In this document: one piece after another, positions 1-10,037 of the stretch | Layout of the letters: every line of letters starts with the position of its first letter | Numbering within the stretch: the first letter of the stretch is position 1 | Assembly: GCA_016215625.1 (NCBI GenBank) | Contig: JACRIW010000058.1 | Coordinates: forward strand, 32,252-96,251 | Length of the DNA stretch: 64,000 nt | Direction: 5' to 3' | DNA from: Candidatus Eiseniibacteriota bacterium | GTDB lineage: Bacteria; Eisenbacteria; RBG-16-71-46 | Position numbers and translations under genes: made by a program | The notes under the pieces: generated by a model | The model's input: the letters and a program-made list of their open reading frames with translations, nothing else | Told to the model about the DNA's origin: nothing | Database searches by the model: none

Positions 1-1692
1 TCCGGCGCGGGCGGACCCGACGCCGCGGGCTACCGCTGGACCGACAGCGACGCGCCCGGCGGGCCCGCGTTCCAGTGGCAGGAGATCGCCACGACGGGCA
101 CGCGGCTCTTCGGCAGCGCCGACGACTCGACGCGCACGGACGTGGCGCTGCCGTTCGATTTTCCGTTCTACGGCGGCGTCTACCGCAGCGTGAACGTGTG
201 CACGAACGGCTGGTTGTCGTTCCTCGACCGCCGCTCGAGTTTCCGCGACGTGTCGTTGCCCGACACGGCCGCGGCCGTGCCGCGCGCCCTGATCGCGCCG
301 TGGTGGGACGACCTCGACCTGCGCACGACGACGGGCGGGGGGCGGGCGTACGCGCACTACGACGGTTCGCGCTTCATCCTCGAGTGGCGTGACGCCGTGC
401 ACTACGCCGTCGGCGGGCCGTACACGTTCCAGGTGCTGCTGTCGCCGAGCGGCGCGATCGACTTCCAGTACCTGAGCGTCGCGAGTCCCGCCGATCGCGC
501 GACGATCGGCATCCAGGACGAGACCGGCACGCGCGGGCTCACGCTCGCGCACGACGCGCCGTACGCGCACTCCGGACTGCGCGTGCGCATCCAGCGCCTG
601 CCCGAGTGGCTCTCGGTCGTGCCCGACAGCGGCGTGATCGCGCCCGGCGCCGAGGACACGCTGCAGGTGGGGATGAGCGCGCGCGGCTATGCGGACGGGG
701 AGTACGGCGGCGCACTCGAGTTCGTGAGCGACGACATCGCCGCGCCGAGCCGGCTCGTCGGTGCGCGCATGGTGGTCTCGCGCACGAACGTGGCGCTCGC
801 CGCTTCGCCGGGCACCGTCGGCTCCCTCGCGCACGCCAGCCAGGTACGCGTGCACGGCCCGGCGGGAGCGGGGCTCACGGAACTGGCTCCCGGGCACACG
901 ACGCTCGGCGGCGTGCGCCCGTCCGGCGCCCCGGTCGTGGACGAACCCGGGCGCGTCACGCTCGAGTTCGACGCTCTCGACTACGTGCTCGGACGCCTCC
1001 CCGAGGGCGAACACCGGCTTCCGTTCGTCGCGCTCGCGGGGGATCGCACGTGGTTGTCCGACAGCGTGTTGGTGCGGGTGTCTCGTCCGGAGCTCGAAGT
1101 GGCCGGGATGCCCGGCTGGGACGACGGCCTGCCGCGCCTCGAGGCGCTCAGCGGCAAGCCCCTGGCGCTCGCGTTCCAGCCGCCGGCGCTCGCCGATCGC
1201 TACGAGGTCGCGCTCTCGCTCGACGGCGGCCGGGCCTGGATCACACTCGCCTCGACACCCGCGCCCGCATGGGTGCTGACGCCGTTGGTGGTGAGCGACG
1301 GATCGCTGGTCGAGGTGAGCGCGTGGAGCGCCGACTCGCTCACGGGCGTCTGGCTGTCCGCGCCCTTCCGCGTGAATCCGCCGCCGAGCACGGGCGTGGA
1401 GCCGGCCGTTCCGGGCGAGTTCGCGCTGCGCCTCCTCGGCGCCCGCCCGGGGCAGCTGCCCGTCCGGCTGCAGTTCGACGTGCCGGCGGGGGCGGACGGC
1501 GCGCTCGAGGTGTTCGATCTGCGCGGCGCCCGCGTGCGCACGCTGGCGCGCGGCGCACTCGTCGCCGGAAGGCACGCGTTCGACTGGGACGGGCGGGGGA
1601 ACTCCGGCGAAGCGGCGGCCAGCGGCGTCTATTTCGTGCGGGCCCGGCTCGGCGGAGCGGCGATCGTCCGGCGCGTCGTGCTCACGCGTTGA
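1..1692 (+). CDS. 5'-truncated secreted multidomain protein with C-terminal FlgD-Ig/T9SS-CTD-like domain
   Basis: Frame is open from base 1 (SGAGGPDAAGYRWTDSD...LPFDFPFYG...IAPWWDDL, a nidogen-like segment common in secreted peptidases). It ends LEVFDLRGARVRTL...WDGRGNSG..ASGVYFVR. Confidence 0.85.
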   Translation, partial: SGAGGPDAAGYRWTDSDAPGGPAFQWQEIATTGTRLFGSADDSTRTDVALPFDFPFYGGVYRSVNVCTNGWLSFLDRRSSFRDVSLPDTAAAVPRALIAPWWDDLDLRTTTGGGRAYAHYDGSRFILEWRDAVHYAVGGPYTFQVLLSPSGAIDFQYLSVASPADRATIGIQDETGTRGLTLAHDAPYAHSGLRVRIQRLPEWLSVVPDSGVIAPGAEDTLQVGMSARGYADGEYGGALEFVSDDIAAPSRLVGARMVVSRTNVALAASPGTVGSLAHASQVRVHGPAGAGLTELAPGHTTLGGVRPSGAPVVDEPGRVTLEFDALDYVLGRLPEGEHRLPFVALAGDRTWLSDSVLVRVSRPELEVAGMPGWDDGLPRLEALSGKPLALAFQPPALADRYEVALSLDGGRAWITLASTPAPAWVLTPLVVSDGSLVEVSAWSADSLTGVWLSAPFRVNPPPSTGVEPAVPGEFALRLLGARPGQLPVRLQFDVPAGADGALEVFDLRGARVRTLARGALVAGRHAFDWDGRGNSGEAAASGVYFVRARLGGAAIVRRVVLTR

Positions 1693-1806
1693 GCGCCCGC
1701 GCTCTCGGCGCTTGACGGTTGTTCCCGAGACCGAAACACTGCGCGCGCAAACCCGTATCGGTGGGGCGACTCACGGGCACTCGCAACGGAGGGGGCAGGC
1801 CGCGGC

Positions 1807-4089
1807 ATGTGGATCAACGCGACGGGACTGGCGACGGGCAATCTCGTGCTGGGCGGGCTCGTGTTCCTGCTCGGGCTCGTGATCCTGCGCGAGAACCCCG
1901 GCCAGCGCCTCAACCGCGTCGTGTCGCTGCTGCTGTTCTTCGGCGGCTTCGGCGCCGTGCTCTCGGCGCTGTCGCTGCTCGCGCCGGCGGGCTCGGCCGG
2001 TGCGACCCTGCCCGAGACGGCGGCGTACCTCTGGGAGCTGTTCTTCCCGACCGCCTTCCTGCTTGCGAGCATCTTCCCCGAGGAGCGCGCGTTCACGCGC
2101 CGCATCGAGCTGCCGGGCGGCCTGCGCACGCCGAGCTTCATGCTGCTCGTGTTCGCGCCGCACGTCTTCCACTTCCTGCTCATGCTGCTCATGAGCATGT
2201 GGAAGCCGGAGACCGACCCCGTGCTGTCGGTGCCGGCGGCCGTGCGCCCGCTGTTCGGCGGCTTCGCCGTCATCGCGCGCGTGTGGCTCGGCGTGCACCG
2301 GTCGTTGTTCTCGCTCGTCGACCTCGGTTTCGGCGCGGGGGCGATCGCCCTGCTGCTCGGCAGCTGGCGCACCACGCAGGTACCGCGCATCCGCGCGCAG
2401 ATCGGCGCGATCACGGTCGGGCTCATCTGCTGCCTCGCGCTATACGCCTCGGCCACGTCGGTGCCCACGCTCTTCGGGCTCAAGCTCTCGCGCGAATGGC
2501 AGAGCCTGCTCACGACCGCCGCGCTGCTGCTCGGCTCGGGCTCGATCGCGTACGCGATGGTGCGGTTCAAGTTCCTCGACGCGAAGCTCATCGCGCGCCG
2601 CGGCATCCTCTACGCGCTCGCCTCGGCCGTGCTGATCGGCTTCTACCTGCTCGTCGTCGAGAAGGTGAACGCGTACGTGTCGAAGGCCTTCGGACTCGAC
2701 GCGCGCGTGGTCGAACCGGTGTTCCTGATCATGGCGCTCACGCTGTTCCAGCCCGCGATCGCCCGGCTCGAGGAGTCGCTCGACCAGATGTTCCTGCGCG
2801 ATCCCGGCGACTACCGCAACGTGCTGCGCGCGCTCGGCCGCGAACTGCAGACGACGATCGATCTCGACGACCTGCTCACTCGCGCGGCGCGCACGATGAC
2901 CGAGGCGCTGCTGCTGCGCTCGTCGTACGTGCTCGCGGTGACGCCGCAGGGTCCGGTCTCGCGCGCCGGAGCGGGCGATCCGCTCGACGACGCGGCGATG
3001 CAGCAGCTCGCCTCGATCGCGGGCCGTCTCGAGCAGGGGCGCGCCGTCTTCCGGCTCGCCGATCCCATCGACGGCCTGCGCCGCGCCGACCGCGAACTGC
3101 TCGTGCACAAGCTGGGCGGCGAACTCATGCTGCCGCTGCGCTGGCGCGGCGAGACGCTCGGGCTCGTGCTGCTCGGCGAGAAGCTGACGCGCACCGAGTA
3201 CACGTCCGAGGACGAGACGCTGCTGCAGGGACTCGCCTCGCAGATGGCCGTGTCGCTGCAGAACGCGCTCCTGCTGCGCGACCGGCTGCAGGTCGCGCGC
3301 CTCGAGGAGGAACTGCACCTCGCGCACCAGATCCAGCGCACGTTCCTGCGCTCGGAGTTCCCGGTCATGCCACGGTGCGAGGTGCACGCGATCAACATCT
3401 CGTCGCGCCAGGTCGGCGGCGACTACTACGACGTCGTGCCGTGCGAGGACGGCTCGTTCCTCGTCGCGATCGCGGACGTGGCGGGCAAGGGCGTGCCGGC
3501 CGCGCTCATGTCGTCCATGCTGCAGGCCGCGCTCCGCACACACTCGCGTTCGGCCGAACCCGTGAGCACGATCCTGCGCAACATCAACGCGCTCGTGTAC
3601 CGCAGCACCGCCGTGCACCAGTTCGCGACGTTCTTCCTCGCGCGCGTGGACGCCGCGGGCCGCCACCTCACGTTCTGCAACGCGGGGCACAACTGGCCTG
3701 CGCTCGTGCGCAGCGACGGCACGACGGTGTTCCTCGAGCGCGGCGGGCTGCTGCTCGGCGTGCTCGAGGACATCCAGCTCGAGCACGAGCGCGTGGATCT
3801 GCAGCCGGGCGACGTGCTCGTACTCTTCACCGACGGCATCAGCGAGGCGGCCAATCGCGACGGCGAGCTCTTCGGCGAGCAGCGTGTCGCCGAGATCGTA
3901 CGCGAACTCGACCGCCCGCTCGACGCGCGCACGATCACCGCGCGGCTGCTCGACGAGGTCGAGGCGCACCTCGGGGCGGAGGAAGCGCAGGACGACCGCA
4001 CGCTGCTCGTGCTGCGCGTGCACGAGGGCGCGGACGACGCGGCCGCGGACGTGCCCGCCGGCGAGCCGGTCGAGGCCCGCGCGGACTGA
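1807..4089 (+). CDS. Membrane-anchored SpoIIE/RsbU-type PP2C phosphatase with multi-TM N-terminus and GAF-like domain
   Basis: About 9 hydrophobic segments, then a GAF-like region and a coiled coil. PP2C motifs VGGDYYD, IADVAGKG, NAGH, LFTDGISEA and QDDRT are present. Confidence 0.92.
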   Translation: MWINATGLATGNLVLGGLVFLLGLVILRENPGQRLNRVVSLLLFFGGFGAVLSALSLLAPAGSAGATLPETAAYLWELFFPTAFLLASIFPEERAFTRRIELPGGLRTPSFMLLVFAPHVFHFLLMLLMSMWKPETDPVLSVPAAVRPLFGGFAVIARVWLGVHRSLFSLVDLGFGAGAIALLLGSWRTTQVPRIRAQIGAITVGLICCLALYASATSVPTLFGLKLSREWQSLLTTAALLLGSGSIAYAMVRFKFLDAKLIARRGILYALASAVLIGFYLLVVEKVNAYVSKAFGLDARVVEPVFLIMALTLFQPAIARLEESLDQMFLRDPGDYRNVLRALGRELQTTIDLDDLLTRAARTMTEALLLRSSYVLAVTPQGPVSRAGAGDPLDDAAMQQLASIAGRLEQGRAVFRLADPIDGLRRADRELLVHKLGGELMLPLRWRGETLGLVLLGEKLTRTEYTSEDETLLQGLASQMAVSLQNALLLRDRLQVARLEEELHLAHQIQRTFLRSEFPVMPRCEVHAINISSRQVGGDYYDVVPCEDGSFLVAIADVAGKGVPAALMSSMLQAALRTHSRSAEPVSTILRNINALVYRSTAVHQFATFFLARVDAAGRHLTFCNAGHNWPALVRSDGTTVFLERGGLLLGVLEDIQLEHERVDLQPGDVLVLFTDGISEAANRDGELFGEQRVAEIVRELDRPLDARTITARLLDEVEAHLGAEEAQDDRTLLVLRVHEGADDAAADVPAGEPVEARAD

Positions 4090-4095
4090 CCGCCG

Positions 4096-5271
4096 TCAGC
4101 GGCGCGAGCCCGCGCGTGCGCGCGGCTTCGCGGGCGGAGCGCTCGCCAAGCGGTGCACCGTGCCGTCGTCGCTCGTCACGTACAGCTCACCCGTCGCGTC
4201 CTCACCGAAGCTCGTGATCGAGCCGAGCGGTCCGACGTTCCACTCGCGTCGATCGCTCACGCGCCCTTCGCTCCATCGGAACGAGCGGATCCAGCCGCGG
4301 CAGTAATCGGCGAAGAAGTACGTGCCGGCGAGCGCGGGCATGGCGCGGCCGCGATACACGTAGCCGCCGGTCACGGAACAGCCCTCCGAGTGCCCGTACT
4401 CGAGCACGGGGTCCGTCGTGCCCCGATGCAGGGGAGGGGCGCGGAAGGCGTGCAGTCCCTCGCGCGCGTTCCAGCCGTAGTCGAGCCCGGCGTCGGTGAC
4501 CTTCGCGACGTTCACTTCCTCCCAGGCGTTCTGCCCGACGTCGGCGACGTACACGTACGGCGCGCCGCGGTCGAACGAGAAGCGCCAGGGATTGCGCAGT
4601 CCCGTCGCCCAGATCTCCGCCCGTGCGCCGCTGCGCTGCACGAACGGATTGTCGGCGGGCACCGTGTAGGGCGGGTGGTCCACGTCCAGACGCAGCATCT
4701 TGCCGAGCAGCGTCGCGGGGTCCTGGCCGTTGCCGTGCGGGTCGCCGCCCGCGCCGCCGTCACCCATGCCGACCCAGAGCATGCCGTCGGGTGCGAAGGC
4801 GATCATGCCGCCGTTGTGGTTCGCATACGGCTGCTCGACCGTCAGCACCGGCGAGGCGCTCGCGCGATCCGCCACGTCGGAGAGTGGCCCGGCCTTGAAG
4901 CGCACGATCTGAGTGTCGCCGTCCTTGTCGGTGTAGTTCACGAAGAAGAAGCCGTTGCGCGCGAAGAGCGGATGGAACGCGAGCCCGAGCAGGCCACGCT
5001 CGCCGCCGAAGCCGACGCGGTCCGTGAGATCGAGGAACGGCCGCTCGAGCAGCTTGCCGTCGCGCACGACACGGATGCGGCCGGGCTGCTCGAGGACGAA
5101 CAGCCGCGGGTCACCCGCCGGTGCGGTGACGAAGACCGGCGAGCGCAGGCCGCGCACGACCAGTTCGGCGCGCAGCCCCTCGGAGCGGACGTACTGGACT
5201 TCGCGGGCGTCGGTCCGGTGGGCCGGGAGGGCGATCGAGAGGACGAGTGCGAGGGCGAGGGGTGGGCGCAT
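4096..5271 (-). CDS. PQQ-dependent sugar dehydrogenase (GSDH/YliI family), exported
   Basis: Signal peptide MRPPLALALVLSIA; motifs GERGLLGLAFHP, NHNGG, GLRNPWRFSFD, DVGQNAWEEVN. Confidence 0.92.
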   Translation of the reverse strand: MRPPLALALVLSIALPAHRTDAREVQYVRSEGLRAELVVRGLRSPVFVTAPAGDPRLFVLEQPGRIRVVRDGKLLERPFLDLTDRVGFGGERGLLGLAFHPLFARNGFFFVNYTDKDGDTQIVRFKAGPLSDVADRASASPVLTVEQPYANHNGGMIAFAPDGMLWVGMGDGGAGGDPHGNGQDPATLLGKMLRLDVDHPPYTVPADNPFVQRSGARAEIWATGLRNPWRFSFDRGAPYVYVADVGQNAWEEVNVAKVTDAGLDYGWNAREGLHAFRAPPLHRGTTDPVLEYGHSEGCSVTGGYVYRGRAMPALAGTYFFADYCRGWIRSFRWSEGRVSDRREWNVGPLGSITSFGEDATGELYVTSDDGTVHRLASAPPAKPRARAGSRR

Positions 5272-5361
5272 GGCGCGCACACTAGCCGGACCGGGGGTGG
5301 GAGCCGCAAGAGCGCTTGCGGCTCCAAGAAAAGGTTGGACAGCCCGCCATGGGTCCTGCTA

Positions 5362-5375
5362 TTAGGTGGCACTAA
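5362..5375. promoter_or_regulatory. Putative DtxR/MntR-type operator TTAG-N6-CTAA
   Basis: TTAGGTGGCACTAA is an AT-rich dyad about 30 bp upstream of the DtxR-family gene and resembles the TTAG..CTAA core of DtxR-family boxes. Confidence 0.6.
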
Positions 5376-5404
5376 CGCAGTGCAGCCTTCACGAAGGAGT
5401 CGTC

Positions 5405-5920
5405 ATGTTGCTCGGGAAGTACCAGGCCCAGCGCCCGCTGAGTCCCAGCCACGAACACTACCTGCGCGCCATCTGGGACCTGCGCAACCAGCGCGGCTAC
5501 GCCCGCATGGCGGACGTGGCGCGTGCGCTCGGCGTCGCCCCGGCGACCCTCTCGGTGGGCCTGCGCCCGCTCGAGCAGCGCGGGCTCATCGCGCACGACG
5601 AAGCTCGATTCCTGCTGCTCACGCCCGCGGGCGAGCGCGCCGCGCGCGAGGTGCACCACCGCTTCCAGGTGTTGCGCACGTTCCTGCAGGAAGTGCTCGG
5701 GGTCGAACGTGAGACCGCCGAGAGTGAAGCTTGCCTGATCGAGCACGACATCAGTCCCGGCACCACGAGCCGCTTCGTGGACTTCCTCAAACTCCTGCAC
5801 GAGGACCCCGAAGTCGCGGGGTTGCTGCGGGAGCGCTACGCCGCCTACCGCCGTTCCTGCGAGCCGAGCGACGCCTGCTCGACCTGCGGGCTCGGCTGCC
5901 TCGTTCCCGCGCCGCGTTGA
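5405..5920 (+). CDS. DtxR/MntR-family metal-dependent transcriptional regulator with Cys-rich tail
   Basis: Motifs SHEHYLRAIWDL, HTH MADVARALGVAPATLS, LTPAG...HHRF and EACLIEHDIS. SD GAAGGAG precedes the ATG at 5405. Confidence 0.92.
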   Translation: MLLGKYQAQRPLSPSHEHYLRAIWDLRNQRGYARMADVARALGVAPATLSVGLRPLEQRGLIAHDEARFLLLTPAGERAAREVHHRFQVLRTFLQEVLGVERETAESEACLIEHDISPGTTSRFVDFLKLLHEDPEVAGLLRERYAAYRRSCEPSDACSTCGLGCLVPAPR

Positions 5921-5952
5921 ACACCCGTTCCTCTCTCCATCCCGAGGACTTC

Positions 5953-6330
5953 ATGCACACCACCGCCACTCCCGAGGCCGCCGTCGCGGCCGCCGGCAAG
6001 CCCGCCATCGCGTTCGTCGCCGTCAACTACATCCACTGCGAGAGCGACTACGTCGAGCGCTTCGAGGAACTCTTCCGCACCCGCGCCCACGCGATCGACC
6101 GCATCCCGGGTTTCGTCTCGATGCGCGTGCTCAAGCCCTCGGCGCCGGGCGGGGACTATCTCATCGTGAGCGAATGGTCCGATCCGGGCGCATTCGACTC
6201 GTGGCGGCAGTCGCCCGAGTTTCTCGAGGGCCACAAGCGCGGCTTCGCCGACGTACGCGCCGCCCGTGAGGAGGGGCGCACTCCGCCGATGACTTCGCGT
6301 TTCGAGACCTATTCCGTACTCTGCGACTGA
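5953..6330 (+). CDS. ABM-fold monooxygenase, IsdG/HmoB-like candidate heme-degrading enzyme
   Basis: FVAVN...RFEELF..R...PGF...SEW....FDSWRQSPEFLEGH, with an IsdG-like Asn/Trp/His pattern. SD GAGGA is present. Confidence 0.8.
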   Translation: MHTTATPEAAVAAAGKPAIAFVAVNYIHCESDYVERFEELFRTRAHAIDRIPGFVSMRVLKPSAPGGDYLIVSEWSDPGAFDSWRQSPEFLEGHKRGFADVRAAREEGRTPPMTSRFETYSVLCD

Positions 6331-6438
6331 GTCTGGAGGCGGAGGCGCCCTTCCGGGAACCCCGAAGGATTCAGGGGCCGCCTCCGCCGCCGATACTGGG
6401 CCGACACCGCCGCATCGCGCGGCGGGCCGGAGCGAGAC

Positions 6439-6942
6439 ATGATCTTCGAGAACGACCTCTTCCGATTCGGGACGAGCGGCACGCTGATCGCCCTGTACGG
6501 CGCCGTGGACCACGCGGCGCGTCGCGCAGGTGGGGATCCACTGCGCGCGCGCGTGAAGCCGCCGCGCTGGCTCGGGGCGCTCATCTTCCTTTCCGTGCTC
6601 GTCTTCTATCTCACGATCAAACCCTCGGGCGGCGCCTGGGCGCAGGGCGCCGGGAACGTCGCCGGCATCGCGCTCGCGGGACTGGCGATGGCGTTGCGCT
6701 GGAGCACGCGGCGCGGCATCGCTTCGCTGCGCCAGCCCGACGTCGCGGCGCGCATGCTCTTCTACGTGGCGCTGCCGATGGCCGTGGGCTCGGCGCCGGG
6801 CGCGCTCGCGCTGACGCTGCCGGCCGTGCTGGCGTCCGCCTGGTGCAGCCGCCGCGAGGACGCGATCCTGCTCGCCGAGCACGGCGAGCCTTGGGCGCGC
6901 CGCATGGCGACCAGCGCACGCTGGGTGCCCGGACTCTGGTGA
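6439..6942 (+). CDS. Small membrane protein, divergent isoprenylcysteine carboxyl-methyltransferase/PEMT-like
   Basis: About 4 TM segments. The C-terminus LRQP..., RREDAILLAEHGEPW...ARWVPGLW echoes the RHPxY / EExxL..FG..Y...R.IP pattern. Confidence 0.6.
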   Translation: MIFENDLFRFGTSGTLIALYGAVDHAARRAGGDPLRARVKPPRWLGALIFLSVLVFYLTIKPSGGAWAQGAGNVAGIALAGLAMALRWSTRRGIASLRQPDVAARMLFYVALPMAVGSAPGALALTLPAVLASAWCSRREDAILLAEHGEPWARRMATSARWVPGLW

Positions 6943-6957
6943 CGCACCGCACGACGC

Positions 6958-6993
6958 ACGAAGGCCCGCGGCGACGATGCCGCGGGCCTTCGT
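6958..6993. terminator. Hairpin between convergent genes, likely bidirectional terminator
   Basis: ACGAAGGCCCGCGGC-gacgat-GCCGCGGGCCTTCGT, a perfect 15-bp stem. Confidence 0.75.
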
Positions 6994-7015
6994 CTTTCGT
7001 CGCGGCGCGCGACGG

Positions 7016-8293
7016 TCAGAACTGGTGCTTCTCGGTCGAGTCGTCGAGCGCCTTGGTGCTGCTCTCGCCGCCCGAGATCGTCTCCTGCAGCGCGTCGAAC
7101 CAGCCGGTGCCGACGAACTTCTGGTGCGTCACCGCGCCGTAGCCCGCGCTCTTCTGCAGGTCGAACTCGCGGTCCTGGAGCCGCGAGTACGCCGTCATGG
7201 CCTCGTCGCGATAGCCGCTCGCGAGCTCGAACATGGACAGGTTGAGCGCGTGGAAGCCCGCGAGCGTCACGAACTGGAAGGCGTAGCCCATCGCACCCAG
7301 CTCGCGCTGGAACTTCGCGATCGTGGCGGCGTCGAGTTTCTTCGACCAGTTGAAGGACGGCGAACAGTTGTACGCGAGGCGCTTGCCCGGGTACCGCGCG
7401 TGGATGCCTTCGGCGAAGCGCTTCGCCTCGTCGAGGTCCGGCGTGCTCGTCTCGCACCACACGAGGTCGGCGACGGGCGCATACGCGAGGCCGCGGGCGA
7501 TCGCGGCCTCGAGGCTGCCGCGGTACTTCCAGAATCCCTCCACCGTGCGCGTGCGCTCGAGGAACGCGTGGTCGCGCTCGTCCACGTCGGACGTGATGAG
7601 CGTGGCGCTGTGCGCGTCGGTGCGCGCGACGAGCACGGTCGGCACGTCGAGCACGTCGGCCGCGAGCCGCGCCGCCTGCAGCTTCTGCACGAACTCGCGC
7701 GTCGGCACGAGCACCTTGCCGCCCATGTGGCCGCACTTCTTCGCGGAAGCGAGCTGGTCCTCGAAGTGCACGCCCGCGGCGCCCGCTTCGACGAGCGCCT
7801 TCATGAGTTCGTACGCGTTCAGGTCGCCGCCGAAGCCGGCCTCGGCGTCCGCGACGATCGGCGCGAACCAGTGCACGTCCGAGCGGCCTTCGAGGTGCGC
7901 GATCTGGTCGGCGCGCGTGAGCGCGGCGTTGATGCGGCGCACGACGTTCGGCACCGAGTCGACGGGGTAGAGGCTCTGGTCGGGATACATCTGCCCGGCG
8001 GTGTTCGCGTCGGCCGCGACCTGCCAGCCCGAGAGATAGATGCCCTTGAGGCCGGCGGCCACCTGTTGCACCGCCATGTTGCCGGTGAGCGCCCCGAGGG
8101 CGCGCACCGGCGGCTCGTTCTGCATGAGCGTCCACAGCCGCTCCGCGCCCATGCGTCCGAGCGTGTGCTCGACCTGCACGGTGCCGCGCAGCTTCACGAC
8201 GTCGGCCGCCGTGTAGCGGCGCTCGACGCCCTTCCAGCGCGGATCGGTTTCCCAGCTCGTGCGGATCTGCTCCGCGGTTCTCGGCGTGGACAT
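7016..8293 (-). CDS. aceA: Isocitrate lyase
   Basis: Motifs [30 protein letters not shown], catalytic [11 protein letters not shown] and [10 protein letters not shown]. Start MSTPRT follows a GGAGG SD. Confidence 0.98.
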   Translation of the reverse strand: MSTPRTAEQIRTSWETDPRWKGVERRYTAADVVKLRGTVQVEHTLGRMGAERLWTLMQNEPPVRALGALTGNMAVQQVAAGLKGIYLSGWQVAADANTAGQMYPDQSLYPVDSVPNVVRRINAALTRADQIAHLEGRSDVHWFAPIVADAEAGFGGDLNAYELMKALVEAGAAGVHFEDQLASAKKCGHMGGKVLVPTREFVQKLQAARLAADVLDVPTVLVARTDAHSATLITSDVDERDHAFLERTRTVEGFWKYRGSLEAAIARGLAYAPVADLVWCETSTPDLDEAKRFAEGIHARYPGKRLAYNCSPSFNWSKKLDAATIAKFQRELGAMGYAFQFVTLAGFHALNLSMFELASGYRDEAMTAYSRLQDREFDLQKSAGYGAVTHQKFVGTGWFDALQETISGGESSTKALDDSTEKHQF

Positions 8294-8334
8294 GTGCACA
8301 TCCTCCCTGTGACGGGGGCGCTCGGCCCCGGTGC

Positions 8335-9891
8335 TCAGACGGGGTCGAACCATCCTCGAACGATCATCTCTTCACTCCGGCGCCGCGCTTCGGTCAGCGT
8401 GGCCGCGTCTCCCACGTCGCGGCCGGACGGCAGGTCCGCGACGAGCGCGGCGAGCTCCTCGTCCCAGCAGCGCGACACGAAGGCCGAGTCGTGCACGGCT
8501 GCGCCCTCGATCGCGACCACGTCGCGATGGCGGATGCGCTGCGCGAGCATGAGGCGGTAGATGCGGTCGGTCGCGAGGTCCTCCATGTAGCCGTCGAGCA
8601 GGCTCGCGCCGCGCCCGTTGAGCACGCCGTTGCGATAGCGCACGGTGATGCGCGCCGCGGCGCGCGTGCCCGCGACCGTGTGCTTGCCGACGCCAACCGG
8701 CACGGGGCGCAGGTCGGGATAGCGTTCGGTCGCGGGGCGCGCGGCGATCTGGTTCGGCGCGGGAAACTGCGCCACGGCGATCGCGTTCTGGTCCGGATGC
8801 CCGGTCCACGCGCCGTCCATGAAGCACGCGGCCTCGTTCTTCTTGTCCTGCTCGAGCACGGCGAGCGCGCGCGTGTTGAGTTCGGCATCCGTGCGGCTCG
8901 GGTAGAGCGCGGTCATGCCGCCGATCGCGAGCGCGCCGCGGCGGTGGCAGATGTCCACGAGCAGGTGGCGCAGGCGCTGGAAGAACGGCACGTCGTGCGG
9001 AATCGTGTTGCGGTCGGGGAGCACCCACGAAGGATTCTCGAAGTTCCAGTGGATCAGGCTCGCCATGTAGTCCCAGCGCCCGAGGTTCAGCCCCACGATG
9101 TGTTCGCGCAGCGCGAACAGGAACTCCTCCATCTGGTAGGCGAGCGGGTGCGACTCGACGAGCGCCATGCAGCGGATGTAGTCGTGCGGCCAGCCGCGCA
9201 TGGCGGCGACCTTCTGGAAGACGTCGCGCCACCACAGCGCCTCTTCGGCGGACTCCGACTTGGGGATGTAGAACGCGAGCGGATGACGGAGCTTCGCCGG
9301 ATCCACCTGGAACGCGATCAGCGCGAGGTCGAACAGTGACGCGCTCGCGGGCGAGCCGTCGGCGGTGACGCCGAGCTGCGAAAGGTGCAGCCCGCGCACG
9401 CGGCTCCAGATCGCGACGCCGGACGGCTCGATGCCGACCGTGCGGCCGCGCTTGGCGTCCGCGTACGTGAGCCGGCCCTCGAGCGCGGCGAGGATGTTCG
9501 CCACTCCGCGCATCGTGCAGTCCCACGAGTTCGCCATCGAATCCTCGAGGTCGAGCATCACGCCGGGCGCGCCCGAGTTCAGCATCTTGACGACCAGTTC
9601 GCCGTCGTCGGCCGGACCGGTCATCTGGTTGCGCTTGTCCGCGCACCACGCGGGCACGGCGATGCGCCAATCCGAGGTCGTCGCCTCGGAAGGCGGCAGG
9701 TGATCGGGCAGCACGCCGTCTCGATGCGCGCGCGCGAGCCGCCCGATGCGTGCCGACGCCAGCGCTCTCTGTCGCGGCGTGAACTCGGCGTGCAGCTCCG
9801 CGAAGAAGGCCGCGAAGCCCGCGGGCAGGTCGCGTTCCGCGCGGAAGTCCGCGGGAGCGGTGTTCATGCTGGCGATGCGCGCTGCGTCCAC
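8335..9891 (-). CDS. aceB: Malate synthase (divergent MSA-type)
   Basis: Motifs [54 protein letters not shown] and MEDLAT. It lies directly upstream of aceA. Confidence 0.92.
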   Translation of the reverse strand: MDAARIASMNTAPADFRAERDLPAGFAAFFAELHAEFTPRQRALASARIGRLARAHRDGVLPDHLPPSEATTSDWRIAVPAWCADKRNQMTGPADDGELVVKMLNSGAPGVMLDLEDSMANSWDCTMRGVANILAALEGRLTYADAKRGRTVGIEPSGVAIWSRVRGLHLSQLGVTADGSPASASLFDLALIAFQVDPAKLRHPLAFYIPKSESAEEALWWRDVFQKVAAMRGWPHDYIRCMALVESHPLAYQMEEFLFALREHIVGLNLGRWDYMASLIHWNFENPSWVLPDRNTIPHDVPFFQRLRHLLVDICHRRGALAIGGMTALYPSRTDAELNTRALAVLEQDKKNEAACFMDGAWTGHPDQNAIAVAQFPAPNQIAARPATERYPDLRPVPVGVGKHTVAGTRAAARITVRYRNGVLNGRGASLLDGYMEDLATDRIYRLMLAQRIRHRDVVAIEGAAVHDSAFVSRCWDEELAALVADLPSGRDVGDAATLTEARRRSEEMIVRGWFDPV

Positions 9892-10037
9892 GTGCGTGTC
9901 CTCTCGTGGGAGTGCCCGGTGTGCGGGCCGGGAGACCGGCCCGGCGGTTATCGGCGCTTCGGGGGGCGAGGCTGAACCCGTGTGATGAGCCGGGGGGCCC
10001 TTGCGGTCCGGCCGAGCGCGGCGCTAGCGTGCCCGCC

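Noticed and set aside
6328-6441. The TGA stop of the ABM gene is followed by a hairpin (6338-6388) and is in frame with the next ORF, suggesting selenocysteine or readthrough
   Set aside because: The ABM domain is complete at the stop, the intervening peptide is Arg-rich and non-protein-like, and the next gene has its own GGAG SD.
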